Program-made: the position numbers and the translations under genes
The notes under the pieces: model-generated
Told to the model about the DNA's origin: nothing
Databases searched by the model: none
The model's input: the letters and a program-made list of their open reading frames with translations, nothing else
Assembly (NCBI GenBank): GCA_043808155.1
Contig: JAZDFD010000026.1
Span: 1-64,000, forward strand
Direction of reading: 5' to 3'
Source: Candidatus Iainarchaeum sp.
Lineage (GTDB): Archaea > Iainarchaeota > Iainarchaeia > Iainarchaeales > JAZDFD01
DNA: 64,000 nt
Shown here: in pieces, positions 40,093 to 50,153 of the stretch
How positions within the stretch are numbered: the first letter of the stretch is position 1
Layout: each line of letters begins with the position of its first letter

Positions 40093-41652
40093 TCACTCAT
40101 ATGTTCTTTTTTCTTCTTTTTTGCCTAAGCATTCAAGTGCTTTACGGGCTAATTTCTTTCCGCATTCAGTTGGATATCTTCCTGTTATGCAGGCAAGACA
40201 AAGTTCATTTTCAGGAAGCCCAATTGATTTAATTAATCCTTTGATTGTTTGATATTTCAAAGAATCCACGCCAATTGCTTTTCTTATTTTTTCAATTGTT
40301 TTTTCAGGCAAATCCTCAAAACCAGTATCCTTCAAATTTTCTTTGTCTGCATAATTACATGCGATAAGTTCATTCATTGTTGACATATCAACTCCGTAAA
40401 AACATGGGCTCTTTATTGGCGGGCTGGAAACTCTTACGTGAACTTCCTTTGCCTTACCGTCCTTTTTTAATCTTTCAATAATTGCTTTTATTGATGTGCC
40501 TCTCACAATACTGTCATCAACAAGAATGATTTTCTTATTGCGCAAAATTGTTTTGTTAAGCATGAATTTATCTCTTACAAGATCATATCTTCCTGAGCTT
40601 TCAATAAAGGTTCTTCCAACATATCTGTTTCTTATAAGCCCCTCCATTGATTTCAGACCAAGTTCCTGTGCATAACCATCAGCAGCGGGTTTTGAAGAAT
40701 CAGGTACACACACAACAATATATTCATCACTATTAACATCAAGCGGTTCATTTCTTGCGAGTTCTCTTCCTAATTCATAACGTGCTTCATAAACTCCGCG
40801 TCCGTCAAGAATAGATGCTGCACTGGAAAAGTAAACCCATTCAAACATACAATGTGCTGTTTTTTTATTTTTTGCATATCTTTCAACTGACACATCTCCA
40901 TTTTCAATAAGTAACATTTCACCTGGTTTCATTGCAACAATTCCATTGTCGCTATAATTTTGAAGCGCAACACTTTCAGATGCTGCAGCAACAATCTCCG
41001 AGTTTTTAATATAACTCAAAGGCATTATCCCCATAGGATCACGCAATGCCACTATTGAACCCTCTGCATTCATGTATGCGATATTGTAAGCACCATCAAA
41101 TTTCTCAGAGAGTCCTGCGAAAACATCTTTCAGATCTTTTTTATCTGAACCTATAAATGCTTTTGAAAGATAGTGCATTATAATTTCAGTATCTAATCCT
41201 AACGAAAGATGATAATTCCCCTTTTCAAGATCTTTTTTCAGATCAGAAAAATTAGCAAGATTTCCGTTAAATGCAAGAGAAAACCATTTCCATGGTCTCC
41301 CGTGTTTTCTTTCAAATGGCTGTGTACATTCTACTCCGTCAGAACCAGACGTTGCATATCTTGTATGCCCTATTCCTCTGTCGCCTTCAAATTTTTTGAA
41401 CAATCCTTCCATTTTTGGCTTTACCCTATAATGAAAAACTTCGTTTACAGAACCCAATTTTTTGTAAGTATTAAGCATCAGAGCGCGGTCTTTATTATAG
41501 GTTGACATACCTGCACTTAATTGCCCTCTATTCTGCATCTGAAGAAGCATTTTATAAAGAAAAAAAACAGAACCTCCTGTCAGAGATTTATCTACGCCTT
41601 TTGGCAAATAAACTGCCGCAATCCCGCATTCGCTTTTCATTTCACTGCTCAT
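40093..41652 (-). CDS. purF: Amidophosphoribosyltransferase ([4Fe-4S] type, short propeptide)
   Basis: ECG Ntn Cys, GHTRYAT, VDDSIVRG, CMFE / PCFYG / CLAC cluster ligands. Confidence 0.96.
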   Translation of the reverse strand: MSSEMKSECGIAAVYLPKGVDKSLTGGSVFFLYKMLLQMQNRGQLSAGMSTYNKDRALMLNTYKKLGSVNEVFHYRVKPKMEGLFKKFEGDRGIGHTRYATSGSDGVECTQPFERKHGRPWKWFSLAFNGNLANFSDLKKDLEKGNYHLSLGLDTEIIMHYLSKAFIGSDKKDLKDVFAGLSEKFDGAYNIAYMNAEGSIVALRDPMGIMPLSYIKNSEIVAAASESVALQNYSDNGIVAMKPGEMLLIENGDVSVERYAKNKKTAHCMFEWVYFSSAASILDGRGVYEARYELGRELARNEPLDVNSDEYIVVCVPDSSKPAADGYAQELGLKSMEGLIRNRYVGRTFIESSGRYDLVRDKFMLNKTILRNKKIILVDDSIVRGTSIKAIIERLKKDGKAKEVHVRVSSPPIKSPCFYGVDMSTMNELIACNYADKENLKDTGFEDLPEKTIEKIRKAIGVDSLKYQTIKGLIKSIGLPENELCLACITGRYPTECGKKLARKALECLGKKEEKRTYE

Positions 41653-41788
41653 TACTCACCACTAATGAACTTATACTTATTTTAATGCGCATTTATAATA
41701 TAAAGATATGCGCCAAGCAGATGCTTAATTTCACTAATTCTAAGTTTCAAATAAAAGCATTTCCATATTTTTCTATTGTATACAGAAG

Positions 41789-42280
41789 GTGTTTGAAATC
41801 TGGAGTGTTGAAGTTTGCTATAGGCCTGATAAAAGAGATGCTTTAGGCCTGTCTGTGAAAGCAGATATTAAAGATGATTTAGGGCTTTCAGTAGAGTCTG
41901 TTTCTTTTGTGCATGTTTATACAATAAATGCAGAAATTACTGAAAACGAAGCAAAGAAAATTGCCTCTCAGTTACTTTCAGACCCTGTAATTCAGGATTA
42001 TTCTGTTAATAGTCCTTTGAAAACTAATTTTGACTGGGAAATTACTGTTGAGTTAAATCCTGACGTTACTGACAATGTGGGGCTTGCAGCAAAGCACGGG
42101 ATTGAAGATTTGTTAATTGGAAAAATGCGCGAAGATGAATTTGTAAAATACTCGCGAAAATATTTATTAAAAGGAAAACTTTCAGAAGACAAAATTAAAA
42201 GAATCTGCGAAGATTTACTCGCAAATAGTGTTATTGAAAAGTATTCTTACAAAAAAGGAAATGCAAAAGTGAAAAAATAA
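41789..42280 (+). CDS. purS: Double-length PurS (two tandem PurS domains)
   Basis: D..G...LLSDPVIQDY and D.VG...LLANSVIEKY repeats; directly upstream of purL. Confidence 0.85.
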   Translation: MFEIWSVEVCYRPDKRDALGLSVKADIKDDLGLSVESVSFVHVYTINAEITENEAKKIASQLLSDPVIQDYSVNSPLKTNFDWEITVELNPDVTDNVGLAAKHGIEDLLIGKMREDEFVKYSRKYLLKGKLSEDKIKRICEDLLANSVIEKYSYKKGNAKVKK

Positions 42281-42309
42281 AAAAATGAAACCAAAAATGT
42301 GAAAAAAAA

Positions 42310-44694
42310 ATGAGTGCAAAAATAAAACCAATAAAAATCACAACCAAAAGTGACTCTGAGCTTAAAATAATAAGCAAAGAAATGATTCTTTCACTCACTT
42401 TGGAAGAAATGAAAATAATTCAGAATCATTTTTTAAAACTTGGACGAGAACCAACTGATGCAGAATTAGAAACACTTGCACAGACTTGGAGTGAACACTG
42501 CAAACACAAAGTATTCAATGCAGAAATTACCTACACAGATGAAAACGGAAATACTGAAGTAATCAACAGCTTATTTAAAACATATATTAAAGCAGCAACA
42601 GATGAAATCTCAGAAAACAAAAATTGGTTAGTGTCAGTTTTCAAAGATAATGCAGGAATAATTTCATTTGACGATAAACACGACATTGCATTTAAAGTTG
42701 AAACGCATAATCACCCTTCGGCATTAGAACCTTACGGTGGTGCAAATACAGGAATTGGCGGAGTGATAAGAGATGTATTGGGCTGCGGTCTAGGTGCAAA
42801 ACCAATTGCAAACACAGATATTTTCTGTTTTGGTCTGTACAACACACCTGCAGAAAAAGTGCCTGAAGGAATTCTCCACCCTAAAAGAATCATCAAGGGA
42901 GTACGTTCGGGTGTGCGTGACTATGGAAACAGAATGGGAATTCCCACTGTTAATGGTGCAATTATTTTTGATGAACGATATTTAGGAAATCCATTAGTGT
43001 ATTGCGGTACGCTTGGAATAATGCCAAAGGGAATGCATGAAAAAAGTGTAACTCCCGGCAGTTTAATTGTTGCAATCGGTGGCAGAACAGGACGTGACGG
43101 AATTCACGGTGCAACTTTCTCATCAGTTGAACTTGATGAAGCTTCAGAAGTTTCAGCTGTGCAGATTGGAAATGCGATTGAAGAAAAAAAATTCACAGAT
43201 GTTTTACTTGAAGCGCGTGACGAGAAACTTTACGAATGCATTACTGATTGCGGTGCAGGTGGCTTCTCTTCAGCAGTTGGTGAAATGGGTGAAGAAACTG
43301 GTGCAGTAGTACAGCTTGAAAATGCACCTTTGAAATACAAAGGTTTAATGCCATGGGAAATCTGGGTTTCCGAAGCACAGGAAAGAATGATTCTTTCTGT
43401 TCCCGAACCTAATAAAGATGAGCTTTTCAAACTCTGCGAAGATGAAGATGTTGAAGCAACTGTTTTAGGACATTATGCGGATCACAAAAAATTAGTTGTC
43501 ACGTTCAACAAAGAAACAGCAATTGATTTGGATATGGAATTTTTGCATAATGGTTTACCTTCAAAAAAAATGACTGCAAAATTCACACCTGTAAAACACA
43601 AAGAACCTGTTCTCAAAAAACCAAAAGACCTGGGCAACACATTGAAAGAAATTCTTGCAATGCCAAATATTGCTTCAAAAGAAACAACAATTCGCCAGTA
43701 TGATCACGAAGTGCAGGCAAGTTCAGTTCTGAAACCATTAGTTGGTGTGAAAAATGATTCCCCAGGTGATGCTGCAATAATAAAACCATTATTTGATTCC
43801 TACAGAGGAATTATTCTTTCAAATGGAATTAATTCAAAGTTTTCAGATATTGACACTTACTGGATGGCGGCATCAGTAATTGATGAAGCAATAAGAAACA
43901 TAATTGCAGTCGGAGGAAGTTTAGAACAAATTGCAATCCTTGATAATTTCTGCTGGGGCAACCCTAATAATGAACAAAAATTAGCTGAATTAGTGAGAAC
44001 TGCAAAAGCCTGTTATGATGTTGCGATAGTTTATGAAACTCCTTTTATTTCAGGTAAAGATTCATTCTATAATGAATTCATTCTAGGAAATAAAACAATT
44101 TCAATTCCTTCAACATTACTAATAAGTGCTGTTTCAGTAATGAAAGATGTGAGAAAAAGAATCACAATGGATTTGAAAACAGAAGGGAATTTAATTTATG
44201 TTTTAGGTGAAACTTCTGAAGAACTCGGAGCGTCACATTACTTTGCTCTAAATAAGACAATTGGAAAATCCGTTCCAAAATTAAATGCTGAAAAAGCAAA
44301 GAAATTATACAATGCAATTTCAAAAGCATCTGATTCTGAATTAATTGAATCAATGCATGATTGTTCTGAAGGTGGGCTTGCAGTTGCATTAGCAGAAATG
44401 GCATTTGCATCTGATTTGGGATGTGAAGTTAAAATAAATAAAATTCCCATCAACGGAACAATTGACAGAGAAGATTATATTTTATTTTCAGAATCAAATT
44501 CACGTTTTATTGCGGAAGTTAAGCAGGAAAACGAAAAAGAATTTGAAAAATTACTTTCAGGGAATGTATTTGCTAAAATCGGGCGTGTAACAAACTCCAA
44601 AAAAATGATTGTAAAAGGATTTGACGGAAAAGATATTCTTAATGAAGAACTTAAATGGCTGAAAAAAGCATGGAAGGAAACTCTAAATTGGTGA
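42310..44694 (+). CDS. purL: FGAM synthase synthetase subunit
   Basis: WSEHCKHK, ETHNHPS, DCGAGG, SEAQERM, SGKDS, HDCSEGG. Confidence 0.97.
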   Translation: MSAKIKPIKITTKSDSELKIISKEMILSLTLEEMKIIQNHFLKLGREPTDAELETLAQTWSEHCKHKVFNAEITYTDENGNTEVINSLFKTYIKAATDEISENKNWLVSVFKDNAGIISFDDKHDIAFKVETHNHPSALEPYGGANTGIGGVIRDVLGCGLGAKPIANTDIFCFGLYNTPAEKVPEGILHPKRIIKGVRSGVRDYGNRMGIPTVNGAIIFDERYLGNPLVYCGTLGIMPKGMHEKSVTPGSLIVAIGGRTGRDGIHGATFSSVELDEASEVSAVQIGNAIEEKKFTDVLLEARDEKLYECITDCGAGGFSSAVGEMGEETGAVVQLENAPLKYKGLMPWEIWVSEAQERMILSVPEPNKDELFKLCEDEDVEATVLGHYADHKKLVVTFNKETAIDLDMEFLHNGLPSKKMTAKFTPVKHKEPVLKKPKDLGNTLKEILAMPNIASKETTIRQYDHEVQASSVLKPLVGVKNDSPGDAAIIKPLFDSYRGIILSNGINSKFSDIDTYWMAASVIDEAIRNIIAVGGSLEQIAILDNFCWGNPNNEQKLAELVRTAKACYDVAIVYETPFISGKDSFYNEFILGNKTISIPSTLLISAVSVMKDVRKRITMDLKTEGNLIYVLGETSEELGASHYFALNKTIGKSVPKLNAEKAKKLYNAISKASDSELIESMHDCSEGGLAVALAEMAFASDLGCEVKINKIPINGTIDREDYILFSESNSRFIAEVKQENEKEFEKLLSGNVFAKIGRVTNSKKMIVKGFDGKDILNEELKWLKKAWKETLNW

Positions 44695-44712
44695 AAACTG
44701 AGGCTGAAAATT

Positions 44713-45474
44713 ATGAAACCAAAAGCAATTGTTTTGAGAACTGCAGGAACAAACTGCGATCATGAATCAAAATCAGCACTTGAATTAGCTGGTTTTGAAG
44801 CAGAGCGTGTTCACATAAACAAACTAATACGCAAGGAAATTTCACTTGAGAATTATCACTTAGCAATGATTCCCGGCGGTTTTGCTGACGGAGATTATTT
44901 AGGTTCTGCAAAAATACTTGCAAATAAAATCAGATTTCGCTTAGAAAATGAATTTCCTGATTTTGTAAAAGATGGAAAATTAATTCTTGGGGTCTGCAAT
45001 GGTTTTCAAGCATTAGTAAAATCAGGCATGCTTCCTGCACTTAATAATGAATACACAAAACAAACTGCCACAATTACATTTAATGATTCCGGACACTTTC
45101 AATGTGAATGGGTCAATTTGAAAAATGTAAACAAAGGAAAATGCATTTTCACTAAAGGAATTTCTGAATTATATGTTCCAATTGCGCATGGGGAAGGAAA
45201 GTTTGACCCAGGTGCAGACGAATTTTTGAAAAAAATGTATGATGACGATCAGATAGTTTTCAAATACGCTAACAACCCAAATGGTTCAATTGATGACATT
45301 GCAGGGCTTTGCGATCCAACAGGGCGAGTATTTGGATTAATGCCCCACCCCGAAAGAAATATTTCATATTTAAATGACCCCCGCTACTTTCGAAAAAAAC
45401 CCGAAAAAGAAGAAGGTGCGGGAATGCAGATTTTTAGAAATGCATTTGAGTATGTGCAAGAAAATCTTATTTAA
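44713..45474 (+). CDS. purQ: FGAM synthase glutaminase subunit
   Basis: GTNCD, PGGF, GVCNGFQ, AHGEG, MPHPER. Confidence 0.97.
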   Translation: MKPKAIVLRTAGTNCDHESKSALELAGFEAERVHINKLIRKEISLENYHLAMIPGGFADGDYLGSAKILANKIRFRLENEFPDFVKDGKLILGVCNGFQALVKSGMLPALNNEYTKQTATITFNDSGHFQCEWVNLKNVNKGKCIFTKGISELYVPIAHGEGKFDPGADEFLKKMYDDDQIVFKYANNPNGSIDDIAGLCDPTGRVFGLMPHPERNISYLNDPRYFRKKPEKEEGAGMQIFRNAFEYVQENLI

Positions 45475-46297
45475 GCGCAGCGCCAATCGCAGTACAATAC
45501 TCTGCATTCTTTGGGAAAATAGGTTTTAGATTAAAGATTTTTAATGCAACAGAAATTCGTTTTCTCACTAATTTGTTGTTTGCAACTCTGCCTGTGAAGA
45601 TTATTGTTTTTGTGTTTTCGGATTTTGCTGCAAGGTATGTCATTACTCCGATTGATTCCGCAACTGAATTTATTAATGAAAATGCGAAATCGTTTTTTGA
45701 AAATTTTGTGCCCTTAATTTTTCCAAAGTTTGAAGCAGTTGCATCTTTTGGAATTATTCCTACATGTCCTTTAACAATATCCCCAACAGTCAAATCCAGT
45801 GAATTTTTTCCTTTCATTGCAAGTTTTTCAGTTTCTGAAACGTGACATTTCAAAACCAATTTTGAAATACCCTCAATCGTGCCCCCGCCAAGTCCTGTAC
45901 CGCCAAGATGCACAGCTTTTTTACCATGAATTCTGATGAATGGCGTACCAGTTCCGATATTTGCAACAATAAAATTGTTTTTACCTGAAATAAATTTTGC
46001 ACCTTCTGCAATTGAAGTAATTTCATTTCTGTGCTGTGCTTTAATTCCGAGAATTGTTTTTGGTTTAAAGGAACTGCCAGTGATTTTAATTTCAGAAATT
46101 TTAGAAACATAAATTTTATTTTTTGAAAGGTTTTTTTTCAGAAAAGTTTCAAATTTTTTAATATTAATTTTATTTTTTTGCTTAAGCTTTTCAGATTCAA
46201 TGGAAAACTTATACATAATCTTTTTATTCTTCACTTTTTCCCCATTAAAAATCACAACATCTGTAAAAGATGCACCCGCATCAATTCCCAGAATCAT
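45467..46297 (-). CDS. Type II (Fumble/CoaW-like) pantothenate kinase
   Basis: GIDAG, NIGTGT, GGTGLGGGT, DLTVGDI, TASNFGK, AIGAA. Confidence 0.85.
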   Translation of the reverse strand: MILGIDAGASFTDVVIFNGEKVKNKKIMYKFSIESEKLKQKNKINIKKFETFLKKNLSKNKIYVSKISEIKITGSSFKPKTILGIKAQHRNEITSIAEGAKFISGKNNFIVANIGTGTPFIRIHGKKAVHLGGTGLGGGTIEGISKLVLKCHVSETEKLAMKGKNSLDLTVGDIVKGHVGIIPKDATASNFGKIKGTKFSKNDFAFSLINSVAESIGVMTYLAAKSENTKTIIFTGRVANNKLVRKRISVALKIFNLKPIFPKNAEYCTAIGAALK

Positions 46298-47895
46298 AGA
46301 AATCCCATTGCAAGTCCCAGAAGTGCAATAACAACACCAGTGAAACCTTCACCTGCAATTAAACCTGCGGCAATAAGTCTTCCTTTCTCTACGAAATTTG
46401 CTTTATCTGCCCAAAGCCTAATTAGTCCACCAACAAACAACGGGAATGAAAGTTCAATTGGAACATACAACCCAATACCAAATGCAACTGTTGCAATTGG
46501 AGACAAATTCAGAAACATTAAAATAACTGCAATTAATGCACCAATTAAAATTCCTGCGAGAAGAATTTCCGAAAGTCCGGGTGCTTTAACAATTTCCGCA
46601 AGTGCTACTGCCTGAGGCGCTGGCAAATCTACACCGCCAAAACCATATGCCTGCTGTAATGAAATCATCACAAATCCAATTACTAATGCACCTGTCACAA
46701 CCCCCACAATCTGTGCAATTGTCTGATTTTCAGGTTTAGTTCCGAGAATATATCCTGTTTTCAAATCCTGCATCATGTCCCCAGCAACACCTGCAGCAAT
46801 ACAAACAACAGCTGCCAGGAAAACAAAGAAAATTGCATTAAATCCAAACAGAAGTTTTGCAACTATCAAAACAATCATTGCGAAAATTTCCATTGGGTCA
46901 ACATTCATTTCACCAGTGACTCGTGCACCAATATATGCCATTATGAATGCACCAACAATTGCAAGAATTGAAAGGTCAATTCGCATTTCAGTTATTATTG
47001 TAAAACTTGCAACTAAAACAATCAGAAGAATTCCTGTCCATTTATTATATTTTGAAAATGAATCTTTCCATGTACTGAAAAGATTCTTCAATTTAGGCAG
47101 TCCTCTCAGTAAAAAGTATGCAAGGCTTGCACCAATCACGACACCAATTCCCAAAGGTTTAGTAAATTGTGCTGCAGCAACAAATTTTGTTGCAAAAAAT
47201 CCTGCTGAAACAAGATAAGGTATAATCAAAAAATATGAAAGCAGTGCACCCAAAAACCAGACACCTGTAAAAAGCGGACCAATAAGGAAACCGCCTGACA
47301 ATGCAATTAATGAAATACTCATACCCCATGAATAAAGATTTGCTAAATCTAATTTTAGTGTTTCAAGATTGAAATAACTGGGAAACAATTTGAAATAATC
47401 TCTTGCTGCAGAAAATAATACACCAACACCAAACATTGAAAGCATCAGTTTTGCTTTTTTCCCGCCTGCGTCCCCTGCTTCAATTATTGCTGCAGCTGCG
47501 GCACCATCTGCGTAAGGAAGTTTTTCATTTTCAATCATTTCTTTTCTTAACGGAATACTGAAAATAATTCCTGTTACTCCTCCAATTAATGCAATTAAAG
47601 TAATATCAATAACTGAAACCTCAAAACCAAGAAGCCAGATTGCAGGAACAGTAAAAATAATTCCTGCAGCTAAAAGACCGCCTGCACTTGCCGCGGTTTG
47701 TGCAATATTAATTTCATTTTTATTGCTGTTTTTTAATAATGTAAAAATTCCTAATGCCATCACAGAAACAGTTGTTATTGGCCAGTATACTCCGCCAATT
47801 TTAAGTCCTGCAAAAGCAGAGTACATCGCAACTATAACAGAAAGAATAGCACCAATTAAAAGCGCTCTCAGTGAAAGCTCACCCATATTAATCAA
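46294..47895 (-). CDS. OPT/YSL-family oligopeptide transporter
   Basis: ELSLRALLIG, EINIAQTAASAG, LPYADG, DMMQDLKTG, LPAPQA, GLIAGE. Confidence 0.9.
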   Translation of the reverse strand: MINMGELSLRALLIGAILSVIVAMYSAFAGLKIGGVYWPITTVSVMALGIFTLLKNSNKNEINIAQTAASAGGLLAAGIIFTVPAIWLLGFEVSVIDITLIALIGGVTGIIFSIPLRKEMIENEKLPYADGAAAAAIIEAGDAGGKKAKLMLSMFGVGVLFSAARDYFKLFPSYFNLETLKLDLANLYSWGMSISLIALSGGFLIGPLFTGVWFLGALLSYFLIIPYLVSAGFFATKFVAAAQFTKPLGIGVVIGASLAYFLLRGLPKLKNLFSTWKDSFSKYNKWTGILLIVLVASFTIITEMRIDLSILAIVGAFIMAYIGARVTGEMNVDPMEIFAMIVLIVAKLLFGFNAIFFVFLAAVVCIAAGVAGDMMQDLKTGYILGTKPENQTIAQIVGVVTGALVIGFVMISLQQAYGFGGVDLPAPQAVALAEIVKAPGLSEILLAGILIGALIAVILMFLNLSPIATVAFGIGLYVPIELSFPLFVGGLIRLWADKANFVEKGRLIAAGLIAGEGFTGVVIALLGLAMGFL

Positions 47896-47943
47896 TAAAC
47901 AATTAGGGCATGATGTTTAAAAAGCTTAGTATATGTCCCATCG

Positions 47944-48147
47944 TTATTCGTCATGATCTTCATCAAATTCATCATCATTTTCAAAATAAAGGTCTTTTGA
48001 TGATTTTAATTTAGGTTTGTCACCGACGTAAACTACATTTAATTCAAGGTTACATTCAGGGCAGTTCATAACGTCCCCCTCATCATATTCGTTATAATCG
48101 ACTTCAAATCGTTCTCTACAATCTGGGCATCTGACTTTTCTAATCAA
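47944..48147 (-). CDS. LysW-like zinc-ribbon protein with acidic tail
   Basis: CPDC..EGDVMNCPECNLEL.V; acidic tail ends EDHDE. Confidence 0.65.
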   Translation of the reverse strand: MIRKVRCPDCRERFEVDYNEYDEGDVMNCPECNLELNVVYVGDKPKLKSSKDLYFENDDEFDEDHDE

Positions 48148-48210
48148 AATATCTCCACCCCTGTGTGAGTTTATTATGAAATAATTTTGAAACCTTAATC
48201 TTTATAAACA

Positions 48211-48837
48211 TTAAGGTAAGGGCACTAAACCCACTAAAAACAGCAAAATCAGGGTCATTACAAAACTTAGAAGTATTGGTTTTTTAGTCAGCACTTTGAT
48301 TAGTTTGTAAGCATAGTAAAAATACCAGAGAATAACTGCAAATCCAACTAGGAAAATCATTATGAACCCAGTTACCATTGCGTCACTTATTTCCAGATTT
48401 GTTAATGTAGTGCTTCCCATCACTTGTTCGTAAGATGCACCATACTGATCAAGTACTTTCAAACTAGTTACTGTGTCTGCAGGAACCAGCATAATCAACG
48501 CAAATCCCAGAATTGAAAGAAGTGCTATAAAAACCCACAATACTGAAACTGCAGTCATCACTCCCCCGAGTTTGCCTTTCAGTTCTCTGCCCCTGAAAAG
48601 ATAGCCAGTAAGATAAAAAAGAAGTGTTGTAATAACTAAAAGCACATAACCCTTAAGCACTGCATAACCTAATGCAAGAAAATCAATCATAAATCCATAA
48701 TAAAAATTAAATAAAATCCACATCAAACTCGGAACTAAAACCAGGAACAAAGCCATTCCCATATTTGGCCTGTCAATATTGTCTTGGATTACATCACTTG
48801 GTTTGAAGATATTCAGATTCATGCAATATATTAGCAA
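48211..48837 (-). CDS. YIP1-like membrane protein
   Basis: IFKPS start, ~5 TM helices. Confidence 0.65.
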   Translation of the reverse strand: MLIYCMNLNIFKPSDVIQDNIDRPNMGMALFLVLVPSLMWILFNFYYGFMIDFLALGYAVLKGYVLLVITTLLFYLTGYLFRGRELKGKLGGVMTAVSVLWVFIALLSILGFALIMLVPADTVTSLKVLDQYGASYEQVMGSTTLTNLEISDAMVTGFIMIFLVGFAVILWYFYYAYKLIKVLTKKPILLSFVMTLILLFLVGLVPLP

Positions 48838-48912
48838 TTAGTGATATAAAAAGCTAATGGATTGTCATTTTCAAATGTTTAATGTTAGATATATCGTTTA
48901 GAGTCACAATTA

Positions 48913-50097
48913 TCAAAAGTGACCCATTTTTTGTATTTTGGTTTCAAGATAATTACAATTATGTTCATTACATTTGATTTTCAATGGGATTCTTTTAGTG
49001 ATTTTCAATCCATGGCCTTCCAGACCCACTATTTTTTGCGGGTTGTTTGTTAAAAGTCTTATTGTGCTTAATCCCAGTTTTGAAAGTATTTGCGCACCTG
49101 TTCCGTATTCTCTTAAATCATCTTCAAAACCAAGTTCGTTGTTTGCTTCAACAGTATCTTTGCCTTCTTCCTGAAGTTTGTATGTTTTAAGTTTGTTCAT
49201 TAATCCAATACCGCGTCCTTCGTGTTGCTGAATATAAAGGAGAACTCCCTGCCCTTCTTTTTCAATCATTTCCATTGCTTCTTTCAGTTGCGAACCGCAG
49301 TCACATCTTTTTGAATGAAACACATCTCCTGTTAAACATCCTGAATGAACCCGCACTAAAACATTTTCTTTCCCTTTTACATTTCCTTTCACTAATGCAA
49401 CATATTCTTTTTTTGAATTATCAGTAAAACCAATTGCTTTGAAAGTTCCGTGTTCTGTCGGGAGATTCACGCACACAATTTCTTTTACTGAACTTTCGGT
49501 TTTGCTGCGATATTGAATCAAATCTTTTATTGTGAGAATTTTTATTTTGTGTTCATCTGCAAATTTCTTCAAATCCGGAAGCCTTGCCATTGTTCCGTCT
49601 TTGTTCATTATTTCTGCAATTACCCCCACTTGTTTCATTTCTGCAATTTTCAGCAAATCAACTGTTGATTCAGTATGTCCTGCACGCTCCAGAACTCCAT
49701 TTTCCTTTGCAAGCAGGGGAAACAAATGCCCTGGTTTTACTAAATCATTTTCATTTGTTTTTTCAGAAATAAGAATTTTGATTGTTTCAATTCTGTCTTT
49801 TGCAGAAACTCCTGTTGTGATTCCTTTTCCTGCGTCAACAGAAACAGTAAAACCCGTCTGAAATTTATCTTTGGGTTGTGTCATCAAATTCAGATTAAAT
49901 TGTTCTGCAATTTTTTTGCTTATTGGAAGGCACATTAAACCATGCGCATTCTGAATCATAAAATTAATTTTTTCGGGAGTTGCTTTTTCCCCCGCAATTA
50001 CAAGGTCACCTTCGTTTTCTCTTTCTTCATCATCCACTATAATGAGAAAATTTCCCTTTTGCAATTCTTCAATTGCCTCTTCTACTTTAATAAACAT
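48913..50097 (-). CDS. ribBA: Bifunctional DHBP synthase / GTP cyclohydrolase II
   Basis: DDEERENEGD, RAGHTE, RVHSGCLTGD..S.RCDCG, EGRGIG, LLTNNP. Confidence 0.96.
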   Translation of the reverse strand: MFIKVEEAIEELQKGNFLIIVDDEERENEGDLVIAGEKATPEKINFMIQNAHGLMCLPISKKIAEQFNLNLMTQPKDKFQTGFTVSVDAGKGITTGVSAKDRIETIKILISEKTNENDLVKPGHLFPLLAKENGVLERAGHTESTVDLLKIAEMKQVGVIAEIMNKDGTMARLPDLKKFADEHKIKILTIKDLIQYRSKTESSVKEIVCVNLPTEHGTFKAIGFTDNSKKEYVALVKGNVKGKENVLVRVHSGCLTGDVFHSKRCDCGSQLKEAMEMIEKEGQGVLLYIQQHEGRGIGLMNKLKTYKLQEEGKDTVEANNELGFEDDLREYGTGAQILSKLGLSTIRLLTNNPQKIVGLEGHGLKITKRIPLKIKCNEHNCNYLETKIQKMGHF

Positions 50098-50153
50098 AAA
50101 TGAATTAGCATCTGTGAATACTTAAAAAGTTTATGCGTAACAAAAATGAGTAA

